Positions 1 through 10,356 of a DNA stretch of 64,000 nucleotides are shown in pieces. A model generated the notes under the pieces. That model had not been told where the DNA came from and searched no databases. It saw nothing but the letters and a program-made list of their open reading frames with translations. The position numbers were made by a program, and so were the translations under genes. The stretch's first letter is position 1; the number at the start of each line of letters is the position of its first letter. The stretch spans positions 80,201 to 144,200 of the forward strand of contig CAWJKV010000010.1 of the NCBI GenBank assembly GCA_963843555.1, read 5' to 3'. Source of the DNA: an uncultured Methanosarcinales archaeon (GTDB lineage: Archaea; Halobacteriota; Methanosarcinia; Methanotrichales; Methanotrichaceae).

Positions 1-35
1 CAGATTTATAAGCCAGGGGATTTGATGATCCAGAC

Positions 36-782
36 ATGTTCCCTGAGTACCTGAACCAGCTATTCTATCTCGTGGGCGAAATCGTGGTCATTACGGCCGT
101 CATCGTTCTGATTCTCTCGGTTCTGGTGGCTCTGCTCATCCTTTACTCCTTTAAGACGGGCAACTTCTTCGCGGCCGGTATATGCTTTTAGGCATCATTC
201 TTCTGGAGAGCGTGATAAAAGCTCTCTTCTGGGCGGCCAGGGCGGACGATTCTATGGTGGACGATGTCGGTGTGCGCCTGAGAAATTACATCAACGAGAA
301 GGAGTTTTCGAAGACTCCTCGTGAGAAGCGTTTCATCTTCATGCCCCAGTGTGTTCGCAGCATAGAGTGCCCGGCCAAGCTCACGCCAGAGGGCATAAAA
401 TGCGTGAATTGCGGACGCTGCAGTGTTGGTGAGGCCAAGAAATATGCCGAGGGCATGGGCTACAGATTCTTCATCGTTCCCGGCTCCAGCTTCATCAAGA
501 GGATCATCAAAAAATACCGGCCCGGGGCCATTGTGGGCGTGGGCTGCCATATGGAGATAAAAGAGGGACTGGACCTATGCCAAAGCCATGGCATACCGGC
601 TCAAGGGAGTGCCACTCTCCAATGCAGGATGTGTAGCGACGACGCTGGATTGGGAGCAATTCTATGAGGCCATAACGGAAAAAGGATCAGCAAAAAGACG
701 CTGCCGAAAGCCGACGAAGAGAAAAAGAAAGCTGAAAAAGAAATCTAAAAAATGTGCTGAAAGTGCATTCACTCCATGCTGA
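36..782 (+). CDS. DUF116 family membrane/Fe-S protein, split by two apparent frameshifts (~178, ~600); 3' end uncertain
   Basis: ATG at 36 opens a hydrophobic N-terminus ([25 protein letters not shown]...). ORF 182..667 carries [25 protein letters not shown] and GVGC. The C-terminal [12 protein letters not shown] is in ORF 588..782. TATA-like TTTATAA at 5-11. Confidence 0.8.
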
Positions 783-945
783 TGGCTTCAGATGGGCAAG
801 CCTCAACACATGTCTTGCACTCAGTGCACTTTTCCTTATTTACAACTGCGATTTCCTCGTCGTCCAAGCTGATGGCTTCTTCCGGGCACTCCTCAACGCA
901 AGTTCCACAGCTTACGCATTCTTCTCTGTTAACAACTGCAGGCAT
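769..945 (-). CDS. 2[4Fe-4S] ferredoxin, 58 aa (absent from the ORF track)
   Basis: Manual translation [58 protein letters not shown]. Two CxxCxxCxxxCP motifs; GGAGG RBS upstream. Confidence 0.95.
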   Translation of the reverse strand: MPAVVNREECVSCGTCVEECPEEAISLDDEEIAVVNKEKCTECKTCVEACPSEAISME

Positions 946-1016
946 TTATTGAATCCTCCAATTTGCTCACTGGCAAATCCACCTGTAAGTATATCCGATA
1001 TATACCTTTCGTTAGC

Positions 1017-3293
1017 TTATGCCAGTTCGTTGTATCTTTTTCGGTCTTTTAGCTCCTGGCGTTTGGCGCTGTTCCATCCGCTCACAGCCTGCAGATAACC
1101 GGTAATTCGGCTGATGTGGTCTACATCTTCCGATCCGCAGTTGGGACAGTTATCCTCCAGTCCTCCTGAGACCTGGGAGCAGCCGAGGCATACAGTCATA
1201 TCCTTGGTGAAAGTGAAGTAGCCTATTTGAGTCTCTCTGGCCAAACGCATGCCGAAGTCCATCAAGCCTTTGGGGTCGGGAGTGGCCTCTCCCATGAAGA
1301 CATGGAAGATATTGCCGCCATCGACGATGGGGAAGAAGACATGCTCAAGCTTTGCCCTCTCGAAGATGGTTACATCTGCACTGGGCGGCATATGGGTGCC
1401 ATTGGTGTAGTAGACAGGAAGATCGCGTGTCTTATGCACGTTCTTCTTCACGGCATCCAGATCGCCTTTCACAACCCTCTCGGCGCAGTCCCTGAACTCC
1501 TCATGGATCAGGTCTGATACCGCGAAACGCTGGGCTGTGGTCTCTGCGGGCGTTCGCGCCAGAGCGATGGTCATGCCGTGCTGCTGGGAGAGCTTTTTGG
1601 CATAGATCTCCATCTCCGTCATAGCGCGTACGGCGAGCTTCCAGGACTCCCGGGATTCGTGCATCTGCTTTCCAGTATGGAACTGGGCCATCTCATTGAC
1701 ACCCACTACGCCTATGGTATAGACCAGGCCCTCCAGGCCGACGGCGATGGAGCCTTTCTCGCCCGTGCTGGGATCTCGGGGCTGTTGCGTGGCAAAGGGC
1801 ATGCGGTGGTTCTTGATGATCTGGTTCATCCATTCGCGTTTAACCTTGAAGATCTCAACGGAAGTGTCCATCAGCTCTCGCAGGTACTCGAAGAGCAGCT
1901 CGTCGTCGCCGCGGGCGAGATAGGCAGCACGAGGACAGTTGAGGGATACTACCTGCCAGGAGCCCATGGAGAAGTGCTTGCCATCTTTGAAGTACAGCTT
2001 ATCCTCGAACTGGTCATCGCTGTCCGAAGTGGCTGCAAATTGGTACGCGCAGCACTGGTAGCAGGATATTCCTTCCCCTGCACCGCGATAGGCAGGAAGC
2101 TGGTTATCGAAGTAGGGGGTGCCGTATTCGGCTGCCAGCTTGAAAGTCTGGAGGTAGAGGTCCTGATAGGTGGGAATATCCGGGTGGGCGGCATTAAAGG
2201 ACTCGTCCTCTTTCATGAAATCAGGCTCGATGCTGATCTCGGGCTTGGGGAAGTTGAAGGGCTTGCCCCAGTAGTCGCCGGCCAGCATGACCTCCATGAG
2301 GGCCTTAAACGCCAGGCGCACCTCGCGCTCGAACTGGCCGTAGGTCTTCAGCGGTGCTTCAGGAGAAGAGCCGTTCCAGACCTTTCCTGCGTAGACGGCA
2401 GGCTTGTCCCTCCAGAGTTTGGGGACTCCCGGGGTGAGCTGGACCGAAGAGAAGACCAGCTGGCCGCCGCGAGCGACCATCATCTGTGTCATCTCGTAGA
2501 CGAACATCTGCATGAGCTGCACGATCTCGGCGTAGGTGCGGTTTTCGAAATAGGGCGCAATGAAGGTGAGGAAATTGTAGAAGCCCTGGCCTCCGGCAAA
2601 GTTGGTCTGAGCGCTGCCCAGGGCCTTGACGGCATGCAGGATGGCAACCTCCGGTTTCTTGGCAGGCCCGGCCACGCTGGCTTTGGTTCCGAGACCGTCG
2701 GGCATCAGGCCGTAGTAGAGGAAGTAGCGCAGATCCCAATCCTGACAGAATGGTCTGGTTCCAAAGTACTCAAGATCGTGAATATGCAGGTCTCCGGCGA
2801 GGTGGCGGTCGGCCAGATAGGGCGGCAGCAGCAGGAGGTACTGCTCTTTGCTGATCTTGTCCGCCTTCTTCTTGTGGCTGGTTTCGGCGTTCTCCTGGAG
2901 GTTGGCATTCTCCTTGGACTCGAAACCGGTTCCAATGTCGATGAGGTGAGCATCAAAGACAGGCGTCCCGACGCGGGTGCAGATGTTTCGCCACTCCGTG
3001 TGGTGCCTCTCCAGAAGGATCACGTTCATGATCTCCCGGACCAAGGGGCCGCTCAGGTAACGGACATTCATCCACCTCACCCGGCGTTCCACCTCTTTGG
3101 CGATGTCCTTGGCCTCTTCTTCGGTTATACCCGGTTCTTTATAGAATTGTTCTGATAGTTTAGTCTCCTTCAGGAGCTGCTTGGCTATGGCCTCTCTGTC
3201 CCAGTCCAGCAGATGGCCGTCTGTGGTTCTAACCCTGGGCATGGCAGAGACGGCTAAACCTTCCAGGGTCTGCTGCACGATTCTGCTGCTCAA
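1017..3293 (-). CDS. nrdD: Anaerobic (class III) ribonucleoside-triphosphate reductase with N-terminal ATP cone
   Basis: ATP-cone-like N-terminus, HIHDL, TPAE, YTNG, CxxC...CPNCGS metal site and glycyl-radical motif SRITGYL. Confidence 0.96.
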   Translation of the reverse strand: MSSRIVQQTLEGLAVSAMPRVRTTDGHLLDWDREAIAKQLLKETKLSEQFYKEPGITEEEAKDIAKEVERRVRWMNVRYLSGPLVREIMNVILLERHHTEWRNICTRVGTPVFDAHLIDIGTGFESKENANLQENAETSHKKKADKISKEQYLLLLPPYLADRHLAGDLHIHDLEYFGTRPFCQDWDLRYFLYYGLMPDGLGTKASVAGPAKKPEVAILHAVKALGSAQTNFAGGQGFYNFLTFIAPYFENRTYAEIVQLMQMFVYEMTQMMVARGGQLVFSSVQLTPGVPKLWRDKPAVYAGKVWNGSSPEAPLKTYGQFEREVRLAFKALMEVMLAGDYWGKPFNFPKPEISIEPDFMKEDESFNAAHPDIPTYQDLYLQTFKLAAEYGTPYFDNQLPAYRGAGEGISCYQCCAYQFAATSDSDDQFEDKLYFKDGKHFSMGSWQVVSLNCPRAAYLARGDDELLFEYLRELMDTSVEIFKVKREWMNQIIKNHRMPFATQQPRDPSTGEKGSIAVGLEGLVYTIGVVGVNEMAQFHTGKQMHESRESWKLAVRAMTEMEIYAKKLSQQHGMTIALARTPAETTAQRFAVSDLIHEEFRDCAERVVKGDLDAVKKNVHKTRDLPVYYTNGTHMPPSADVTIFERAKLEHVFFPIVDGGNIFHVFMGEATPDPKGLMDFGMRLARETQIGYFTFTKDMTVCLGCSQVSGGLEDNCPNCGSEDVDHISRITGYLQAVSGWNSAKRQELKDRKRYNELA

Positions 3294-3783
3294 CTCCCAT
3301 CCCCTCTACGATAAAGCGACATGATACAACCTCTCGATAATCAACCTAATAGACTAATATCTCGCCTTGAGTTTATTCGCTTTGCGCTCCAAACACCCTC
3401 AAAATTTTTTAGCAAATATGTATTATCACTAAGTTATAAAGTCAACGCCTGATCTATCTTGGACAGAGTTATTCTGGCAGAGTTTATTAACCATATTCCG
3501 TGCGTGTGGCGAAAGTAATTTTAGTAATCGCGAAAACAAAGACAGATGGGGGCGATCTTCTCTGTCCTTTCTCTGACCTTTTTCAAATCTTGCGCCAGGC
3601 TTTCCACAGATCATTCATATCAAATTCTGCCAAATAGATGATCAAACTCATTTGAGCTTGCTTGATATCTTAATTTATTAAACGGACGTAATTCTGGCGG
3701 CTTCAGATTAAAATTTTATCTTTTGTACCATCATCATATGTCCTTATTATATTTCAGGAGGCTTAAAAAATTAGACTTTAGCA

Positions 3784-4401
3784 TCACTGCTTCAGCGCCG
3801 CCTCCAGCCTCTTGTTCACCTCTTCCCAGTTCACTATGCTCCAGAAAGCCTCTGTGAACTTAGCCCGCTCATTCTTGTAGTCCAGATAGTAAGCATGCTC
3901 CCAGACATCCAGGACCATGAGGATTTTGTAGGTTGGAATTACGTTCACATTATGCTTCTCGATCTGCATGAGAAGGGGCCTCTGGGTGTGGCTGCACCAG
4001 GCAAGAGCTGCCCAGCCTGATCCTTCTGTGCTATTCGCCGCCGCGGTGAAATCCTTTTTAAAGCGTTCAATAGAGCCGAACTCCTTCTTTAGAGCGTCTG
4101 CCAGAGCGCCTTCGGGCTCCTTGAGTGTCTTATTCGCAGGAGCGAGATTCATCCAAAAGAGGCTGTGCAGCTTATGTCCGCCCACCTGGAAAGAGAGTTC
4201 CTTTAGCGTCGCTTTCATATCCACATCCGTTCCCGCCTGGCGGGCCTTATCCAGTTTCTCCAGGATGGCGTTAGCACCGTTTACGTAGGCTGCATGGTGT
4301 TTATCGTGGTGCAAACGTAGCTGACCCTCGGAGATCTGAGGTGCGAGAGCATTGTAGGCATAGGGCAGTTCCGGCAGGGAATAAAATTTCGTATCGGCCA
4401 T
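3784..4401 (-). CDS. sod: Fe/Mn superoxide dismutase
   Basis: [19 protein letters not shown] and DVWEHAYY. Confidence 0.97.
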   Translation of the reverse strand: MADTKFYSLPELPYAYNALAPQISEGQLRLHHDKHHAAYVNGANAILEKLDKARQAGTDVDMKATLKELSFQVGGHKLHSLFWMNLAPANKTLKEPEGALADALKKEFGSIERFKKDFTAAANSTEGSGWAALAWCSHTQRPLLMQIEKHNVNVIPTYKILMVLDVWEHAYYLDYKNERAKFTEAFWSIVNWEEVNKRLEAALKQ

Positions 4402-4599
4402 AGTTTCATCACCTTTAGAATAACCTATTTATTTGGGACTGCTGACTATTTATCCTTTTTCGCGAATGGTCAAACCGCTCCGCGCAGATAATAGTCCAGA
4501 GCATTTTGCGATTCTTTTCACTGTACTGATAATAAGTACTTACAAAAAATTCGTAAATCAATTCACCATACGATTCAAGGACTCTCTTGCATCGCCTCA

Positions 4600-4985
4600 T
4601 CGAATTCGTTCCAGAGCGAAGAAGTGCGAAGCGAGGATAGTTCTCCACATGCCCCAGCACGATGATAAAGGACGATTCCAGCTTTTGAGGATCTCTATAT
4701 CCCGCTTGACCCAGGTGCGTGCCAATACCCTGGCGCTGCCATGCGGCAGCACGGCCACGGGCGCCAGGCCCATGCCTTCTATGGTCTTCGCGCTGCCTTC
4801 GATTTTGCAGGGGAGAAGAGGATGTGGCCACAACCTCATCACTGGCAAGGGCGACCAATGATAGCAGGCAGGGGCAGCTCTTACGCAGTTTGTCGACTAT
4901 GCCGGCCTAAGCCGGCTGGCCGAAGGTCTGCACGTTCATTATTCGGATCGCTTCGATATCCTCCGTCCGCTCTTCTCGAACAAGA
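4600..4985 (-). pseudogene. YhbS-like GNAT N-acetyltransferase pseudogene
   Basis: Pieces across frames: VREERTEDIEAIRIMNVQTFGQPA*AGIVDKLR...LSLVA / HILFSP / GMGLAPVAVLP / WQRQGIGT / FIIVLGHVENYPRF. In-frame TAG at 4907-4909 and several frameshifts. Confidence 0.75.
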
Positions 4986-4991
4986 TCAGCG

Positions 4992-5375
4992 CTACCAGAG
5001 CACAATATACACGTTGTCTCCTTCTTTCCTGCCCTTTAGGAGCTGGCAGTGGCGGAGGATGGCGAACTGGTTCTCCAGCTCCGTCGCCGGCAGCTTGAAT
5101 CTCTCCATTAGTTCTCCCTTGGTGGCTTTTCCTTTCTCCTGGATGTACTCATAAATCTCCTTTTGCAGATCCGTCAGCCCTTCAGTTCCTTCCAGGCCGT
5201 GGCTCTTCCGGAAGATCTTCTTTGACCTTTCTCCCCAGGGATCACAGACCCTGATTCTGTGGCCCACATCGATGTAGCAATCCTCGCAGAGGGTCTTGCC
5301 CTCTGTCGCGAAGACCTCCTCCTCCGAGACCTCTTTGCCGCAGTTCTGGCACTTTATACCTTCCAGCATTTCCAT
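4992..5375 (-). CDS. Hypothetical protein: N-terminal Zn finger plus C-terminal winged-helix-like region
   Basis: CQNC...LCEDC, CDPW, then LTDLQKEIYEYI...ELENQFAILRH. Confidence 0.75.
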   Translation of the reverse strand: MEMLEGIKCQNCGKEVSEEEVFATEGKTLCEDCYIDVGHRIRVCDPWGERSKKIFRKSHGLEGTEGLTDLQKEIYEYIQEKGKATKGELMERFKLPATELENQFAILRHCQLLKGRKEGDNVYIVLW

Positions 5376-5569
5376 TCATCTCTTCATTATGTCTACATCA
5401 TTATTACATTCAGTTCTGCTCTTAAGTTATTGCTCCCTGACTGAAAAGGCATCTCATCTCCGGCAAGATCGTTCGCATATCAATTACTGAATTATTTTGG
5501 CGATATAGTGCCATGATAATGTTTTTAACGAAAAGTTCTAATAGAAAAACCCTACTAAGATAGGAATAT

Positions 5570-6274
5570 ATGCGAGCGTGCTTGATAATAATACTAATTC
5601 TGATCCTGGGATTTGCTAACGCTGCCAAAATAACAGTGGGGCCAAAGGATGCAAACTATTCTGTAATTCAGCAGGCAGTGGATAACGCCAGCGCAGGAGA
5701 TGTTGTTGAAGTTCAGAGTGGAGTCTATCGGGAGAACGTCTACTTCTTCAATATGCCGGTAACACTCTTGGGGGTTGATACCGGCAAGGGATTGCCTGTA
5801 GTGGATGCAGGGGGATCTTCAAGTGCCATCACTATATTATCCAATGACACGACGATTAGTGGCTTCAACCTCACAAACTCGGGCCATTGCGGATGCGGGA
5901 ACGCCGGAATACTGGTGGAGTCATACAATAATACTATCCACAATAACGTCATTTTCAAGAATAAATACGGCATATTTGTCCGGCCTGGAAAGACGAATAA
6001 TACTTTCCTGTCAAACGACCTCCTGGAAAACGAGATATCTGCAAATGACACGAGCGGCAATCGATGGAGTGAAGAGGAGAAGGCAGGGGGCTTGCAGGGT
6101 CTTTTAGAATTCATAACCGGGGCGAAGGTTATAGGAAACCATTACAGTGATTATGATGAGCCGAGTGAAGGCTGCAATGACACCAACAACGATGGATTCT
6201 GCGACCTTCCCAGGAAGATCGGAGACGGTCCGAATGCCGACAACTATCCGTCGGTCTCCCCTCTAAATATTTAG
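5570..6274 (+). CDS. Secreted NosD/CASH (parallel beta-helix) domain protein
   Basis: Signal peptide; IQQAVDNASAGDVVEVQSGVYRE; NNTIHNN repeats; GNHYSDY...DGFCDLP...DNYP tail typical of methanogen NosD-domain proteins. Confidence 0.85.
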   Translation: MRACLIIILILILGFANAAKITVGPKDANYSVIQQAVDNASAGDVVEVQSGVYRENVYFFNMPVTLLGVDTGKGLPVVDAGGSSSAITILSNDTTISGFNLTNSGHCGCGNAGILVESYNNTIHNNVIFKNKYGIFVRPGKTNNTFLSNDLLENEISANDTSGNRWSEEEKAGGLQGLLEFITGAKVIGNHYSDYDEPSEGCNDTNNDGFCDLPRKIGDGPNADNYPSVSPLNI

Positions 6275-6377
6275 CCGCAATCCTTCGGCGGATCCTCCAA
6301 TAATCCTGGGACCGGTTAGATTATACATGTTCGCATGAGTGCATAATACGTCTTCGAATGCAGGTAAATAGGAATCC

Positions 6378-7274
6378 TCATGCCATATCTCCATAAAATT
6401 TTAAGACTGTGTATGCGTTCCCAACAACCTGTATTTCTGATACACCAAAGAACTCCCTATTCCAATTGGTGGGGAGGTATCTTGCGATCGCTAACGCCGC
6501 CCCACTTATTAAAAATGTTATGAAAAAAAACAATCTCTTTTCAATGAATGAAAAAGCACCGACCAGTAAGCAGATCAGGGACACAATCGCCATTGCATTT
6601 CCCCAGCCAACGTGTTTCAGTCCGCCCGTAATCTGGATTGTGCTGTCATCCACTCTCTCTGCAAGCAACATGATACTATTCATGTTAATAGCCATCGATT
6701 CTTCCACTCGATTATTGGTGCCTACAACGGTTGACGGATTTTCAAAATCGAATTGCGCTCCATTGTCTGTCATAACTACCAAAGGAAGATCGAAGCTTCC
6801 CAAGAAGCTTCCACTCGTGTGCTTGCCATCGACTATATACTCAGATACAAGTTCAAGCGGTTTGATTTTGCTGACCAATGCGACTTTTTCCGAGTCGGAT
6901 GGAACTTTGACAAGCCTTGCCAGATTAACCAGGTCGCTGGCAGCTTGAGCGGAGTCAAAAGTTCTTAACCGATTCAAGGCGTCTTTACCGTTGCTGAAAA
7001 TATACTCGTCTACGACCTCTGGGAAAATATTCTGCCCCGGCGTCTTGTAGCGATTCTTAATTGCTTTCTTCAACTCGGCAACGCTCACCAGGAACACTAG
7101 ACCAAGGATTTCTATCTTGTTCTCGACGGTAATAATTTTGGGATTGCGAAGCTTTAAGACTCTCGCAGAAGCTTTTCCGCCAATCTTTCCAGAGGGCAGA
7201 TCTGATGCGGAAGCAAGTGTTATTGCATGAATCTCTTTATCTATCAAATTGGAAATCTCCTGGATTTCATTCAT
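6378..7274 (-). CDS. Hypothetical protein with two C-terminal transmembrane helices
   Basis: About 298 aa from MNEIQE. Hydrophobic pair AMAIVSLICLLVGAFSFI and LFFFITFLISGAALAIA. No family recognised. Confidence 0.65.
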   Translation of the reverse strand: MNEIQEISNLIDKEIHAITLASASDLPSGKIGGKASARVLKLRNPKIITVENKIEILGLVFLVSVAELKKAIKNRYKTPGQNIFPEVVDEYIFSNGKDALNRLRTFDSAQAASDLVNLARLVKVPSDSEKVALVSKIKPLELVSEYIVDGKHTSGSFLGSFDLPLVVMTDNGAQFDFENPSTVVGTNNRVEESMAINMNSIMLLAERVDDSTIQITGGLKHVGWGNAMAIVSLICLLVGAFSFIEKRLFFFITFLISGAALAIARYLPTNWNREFFGVSEIQVVGNAYTVLKFYGDMA

Positions 7275-7278
7275 GGCT

Positions 7279-7776
7279 TCACCTCTCCAGGATGACAAGA
7301 TAGAACGGACCGCTCATGTACACCGTCCCCGTTTGGCGATATGTCCGATCGTCTATTTGCACTATGTCGGGATCCTTTCTGGGTAGGATCTCTAAAACCT
7401 CCGACCGGGTATCGAGGTCTTTTGTGACATCAGAGTACTTTGCTCCGGTTATTGAAGTCTCACCGCCCTTCACGTAAAGGATATCCGGGTCTCTGGCAGA
7501 CTGCAAAACCATTTCGCTCTCCGCCATATTCACTTCGAGATTTTCTGGATTATCTATGTTGCTGCATGTCAATTGTCTCCCCTCGAAAGAATCGCCGAAT
7601 CCCGAGATTTTTATGGACAGCAATTCGCCGGCCCCGGCAACAATGATTGCTTTCCTTGCAAAAAAGTATCGAATCGGAGAGGACTTAAACTCGAAATCCA
7701 TGCATGCCGCCAATCGTCGAGCCGTTTCCGTATCGATTTGTCCATGTGACGCAAATTCTATTAGCTCTTGCCTCAT
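7279..7776 (-). CDS. Hypothetical protein
   Basis: 165-aa ORF with AGGAG RBS; its stop lies a few nt before the next gene's start. Confidence 0.65.
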   Translation of the reverse strand: MRQELIEFASHGQIDTETARRLAACMDFEFKSSPIRYFFARKAIIVAGAGELLSIKISGFGDSFEGRQLTCSNIDNPENLEVNMAESEMVLQSARDPDILYVKGGETSITGAKYSDVTKDLDTRSEVLEILPRKDPDIVQIDDRTYRQTGTVYMSGPFYLVILER

Positions 7777-7989
7777 AGTATCACTCCTTTTCTCTCGTCA
7801 TAGAGGTTATATCTTTCTTTATTGATTCGATAGGGACAACTCCATAGGATAGAACCGGGCCACACAATCGTCAAAGACCTGCCACTGCAGCCCACCAGGG
7901 TCGTCAAATCGCATATCTCTTGAATTGAGATCTTATGAATCGAGAATTATTTGCATAGATTAATAAGTCATAAATGACAATATATTAGT

Positions 7990-8878
7990 ATGTCTGAAGT
8001 CAAAATTTTTTGGGATCCCAATGGTTTCGAATTAGCCACCCTGGGAGACAGGAATTTCCTGAAGACGACTGATGGCGATACACCATCTGTGTCAATCCCC
8101 ATTCGCATGCTCAGCATCGATGCTCCTGAATTGCATTATCCCGACAATAGGCCACCCTCCTCGCAAGATAGGAACCTGGCCCAATTGGCCGAATGGATTT
8201 TAGCTGGGAAGGCCCCCATAAAGAAGGAACTTGGCAAGTATTTATATCCCAAACTTGCCACGGGCACGGCAGGCACTCTACATGAAGAGCAGGGCAAAAA
8301 GGCCAAAGAGCATTTTGAAGAGCTGCTAGACAGGATGTTGGCTTTGCCAAATGGCAAAAAACGAAATGTGTTTCTTCGGGCGGCAGACGAACACTTCGAC
8401 CAATATGGCCGTCTTCTTGCCTACATGGCCCCTAATTACAGCTCCAAGGAATTAGCTACCATGTCCAGGAAAGATCGAGCAACTTTTAATTACTTAATGG
8501 TTGAGTCCGGCTGGTCGGCCACACTTCTCATATATCCGAGCATTCCCAGTTATCTAGATCTGGTTATGCTACAGGAGTCTGCTAAGGATGCCTATCAAAA
8601 GGAAAGAGGGGCCTGGTCCAGATCCGATGACTCTGACCGGCTATGAATACCGTATGTTGGTGAGGTTGTACGAAATCACCAAGCAGATAATTGAGGGAAA
8701 AATTATCTCTTCAAGAGAACAGTACAGTTGGATCGATCGATTCTGTGCAGATATGACTACCAAGGAGATATTCTATCCCCAGGATTACTATCTAGTGGAA
8801 CCTTACAACAGAATTTTCATCTGGCCGGAGGATGTGGCAGAGGCAGTTGGCAGTATGAACCTGGTCCCGCCGTTGTAG
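7990..8878 (+). CDS. Thermonuclease (SNase-like) family protein, one apparent +1 frameshift near 8615-8625
   Basis: TDGDT, IRMLSIDAPE, DQYGRLLAY, NYLMVESGWS and A...ERGAW. The C-terminus continues in ORF 8588..8878 (DPMTLTGYEYR). Confidence 0.8.
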
Positions 8879-8984
8879 TTCATAGTCTAACAGCAGATAA
8901 AGACCTTGACCAAAATCGCACGTGGGGATGAAAACGGACCTCAGGATAGGGGCACATTCGTTCCAGACAACCAAAAAGGAAGAA

Positions 8985-9689
8985 ATGCGAATTAAGATAA
9001 TTAAAGACGGTCCATATCGGGTTACAGGCGGATTACCACTATACGAACAGGTAATAGTAACTGATGAGTCGGGCCACACCCGGGAATTGATTGATAAAAA
9101 AGAATACCCCTCGAAGGATACCTATACCCTTTGCCGTTGCGGTGCATCAAAAGATAAGCCCTTCTGTGATGGAACCCACAGGGAGATCGGTTTTGATGGC
9201 AGTGAAACAGCCAGCAGAAAACCCTACCTGGAAAAAGCGGAAGTATTTGAGGGTCCTGAACTCAAACTGACCGATGCCCACGAACTCTGCGACCACTCCC
9301 GTTTCTGTCTCCGGTCTGGTGGGATAAGAAATCTCATACAAAAATCAGATGACCCAGAAGCTCGACAATCCGCTATTGAAGAGGCCATGATCTGCCCCTC
9401 GGGAAGGCTGGTTCTGTGGGATAAGAAAACCGGCAAATCATTTGAGAAAGATTTTGTTCCATCTCTGGTGCTGGTACACGACAAACAAAAAGGCTGTGAA
9501 GGCCCCATCTGGGTTCGCGGCGGTGTTCCCATTGAATCCGCAGATGGCAGCATGTATGAATCCCGCAACAGGGTAACCCTCTGCCGCTGTGGAAAGTCAG
9601 ATAACAAGCCCTACTGTGACGGCAGCCACTGGATGAACAGCCAACAGAAGCTCGAGTTCCGGAAGAAATGGGGGCTGGGCGATCTTTGA
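8985..9689 (+). CDS. CDGSH iron-sulfur domain protein (two CDGSH motifs around a divergent 4Fe-4S domain)
   Basis: LCRCGASKDKPFCDGTH, CDHSRFC...CPSGRL and LCRCGKSDNKPYCDGSH. Confidence 0.92.
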   Translation: MRIKIIKDGPYRVTGGLPLYEQVIVTDESGHTRELIDKKEYPSKDTYTLCRCGASKDKPFCDGTHREIGFDGSETASRKPYLEKAEVFEGPELKLTDAHELCDHSRFCLRSGGIRNLIQKSDDPEARQSAIEEAMICPSGRLVLWDKKTGKSFEKDFVPSLVLVHDKQKGCEGPIWVRGGVPIESADGSMYESRNRVTLCRCGKSDNKPYCDGSHWMNSQQKLEFRKKWGLGDL

Positions 9690-9789
9690 GCCTCTGCATT
9701 CCTTGCGAAGGGCAACGCAACGCTCATAAGCAAAGTACATAAACATAGAAAATTATGTCATTATGGGCCCCAGATAATACAGCAAAGGA

Positions 9790-10055
9790 GGCAAGAGAGC
9801 ATTTATCCAGTTATAGAGCTAGTTGGATCGTCTCCTAACAGTTGGGAGGATGCGGCTAGAAATGCAATCGACACGGCTTGTGAATCCCTTTGGAACCTTA
9901 GAATAGGCGAAGTCACGGAACTGGACGTCAGGCTGGACGATAAGGGAAATATAGCCTCATATAGGGTTAAGATGAAATTTTCATTCAAATACGACAACTG
10001 GAAGGTAGAACTCGGCTGGAAGGCCGACAGGTGCAGGTCATCTCCGACTTCCTAA
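9790..10055 (+). CDS. Dodecin family flavin-binding protein with no in-frame start codon seen (absent from the ORF track)
   Basis: Manual translation SIYPVIELVGSSPNSWEDAARNAIDTACESLWNLRIGEVTELDVRLDDKGNIASYRVKMKFSFKYD...*, which matches the dodecin pattern ELVGxS..SWEDA..NAI...YRV. Confidence 0.8.
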
Positions 10056-10356
10056 AACATATCGAGTTCCACGACTGACCCTATCTTCCTTCCATTGTCT
10101 TCCTCCATTATGCACGGTCAAGCTTTCAATCGCGGAGATCAAATGAATCTGGACAACGAAGACTCGACGACTTCTGAATTCCCGAAAACCGGGCATGCTG
10201 CATGAAGCATATCCCATCCTTTATGCCGAGATGGCAGCACTTAATATTTGATTGTATCAATTGCCTGGAGGATCTTTGTCTACAGTAGCGGAGGTCTCAG
10301 GAGAGCCCATGCCGGGGAAAGTTTTATCTCCTCGCAGTAGACTCAAATCCTGGCGT

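Noticed and set aside
754..1098. 114-aa plus-strand ORF
   Set aside because: It is antisense to the ferredoxin and the nrdD 3' end.
1578..3155. 525-aa plus-strand ORF and other long antisense ORFs (e.g. 17312..18190, 25153..25956, 35415..36257, 39297..40079, 47012..48151, 50098..50907)
   Set aside because: They are shadow frames opposite well-supported genes, with no motifs; expected from codon bias.
3300..3780. Long intergenic region upstream of nrdD, searched for NrdR boxes, a riboswitch or an sRNA
   Set aside because: No convincing palindrome or conserved structure was seen by eye.
4907..4909. In-frame TAG in the GNAT relic as a possible pyrrolysine codon
   Set aside because: The same gene has several frameshifts, and no pyl genes are in the window. 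Ordinary decay explains it.
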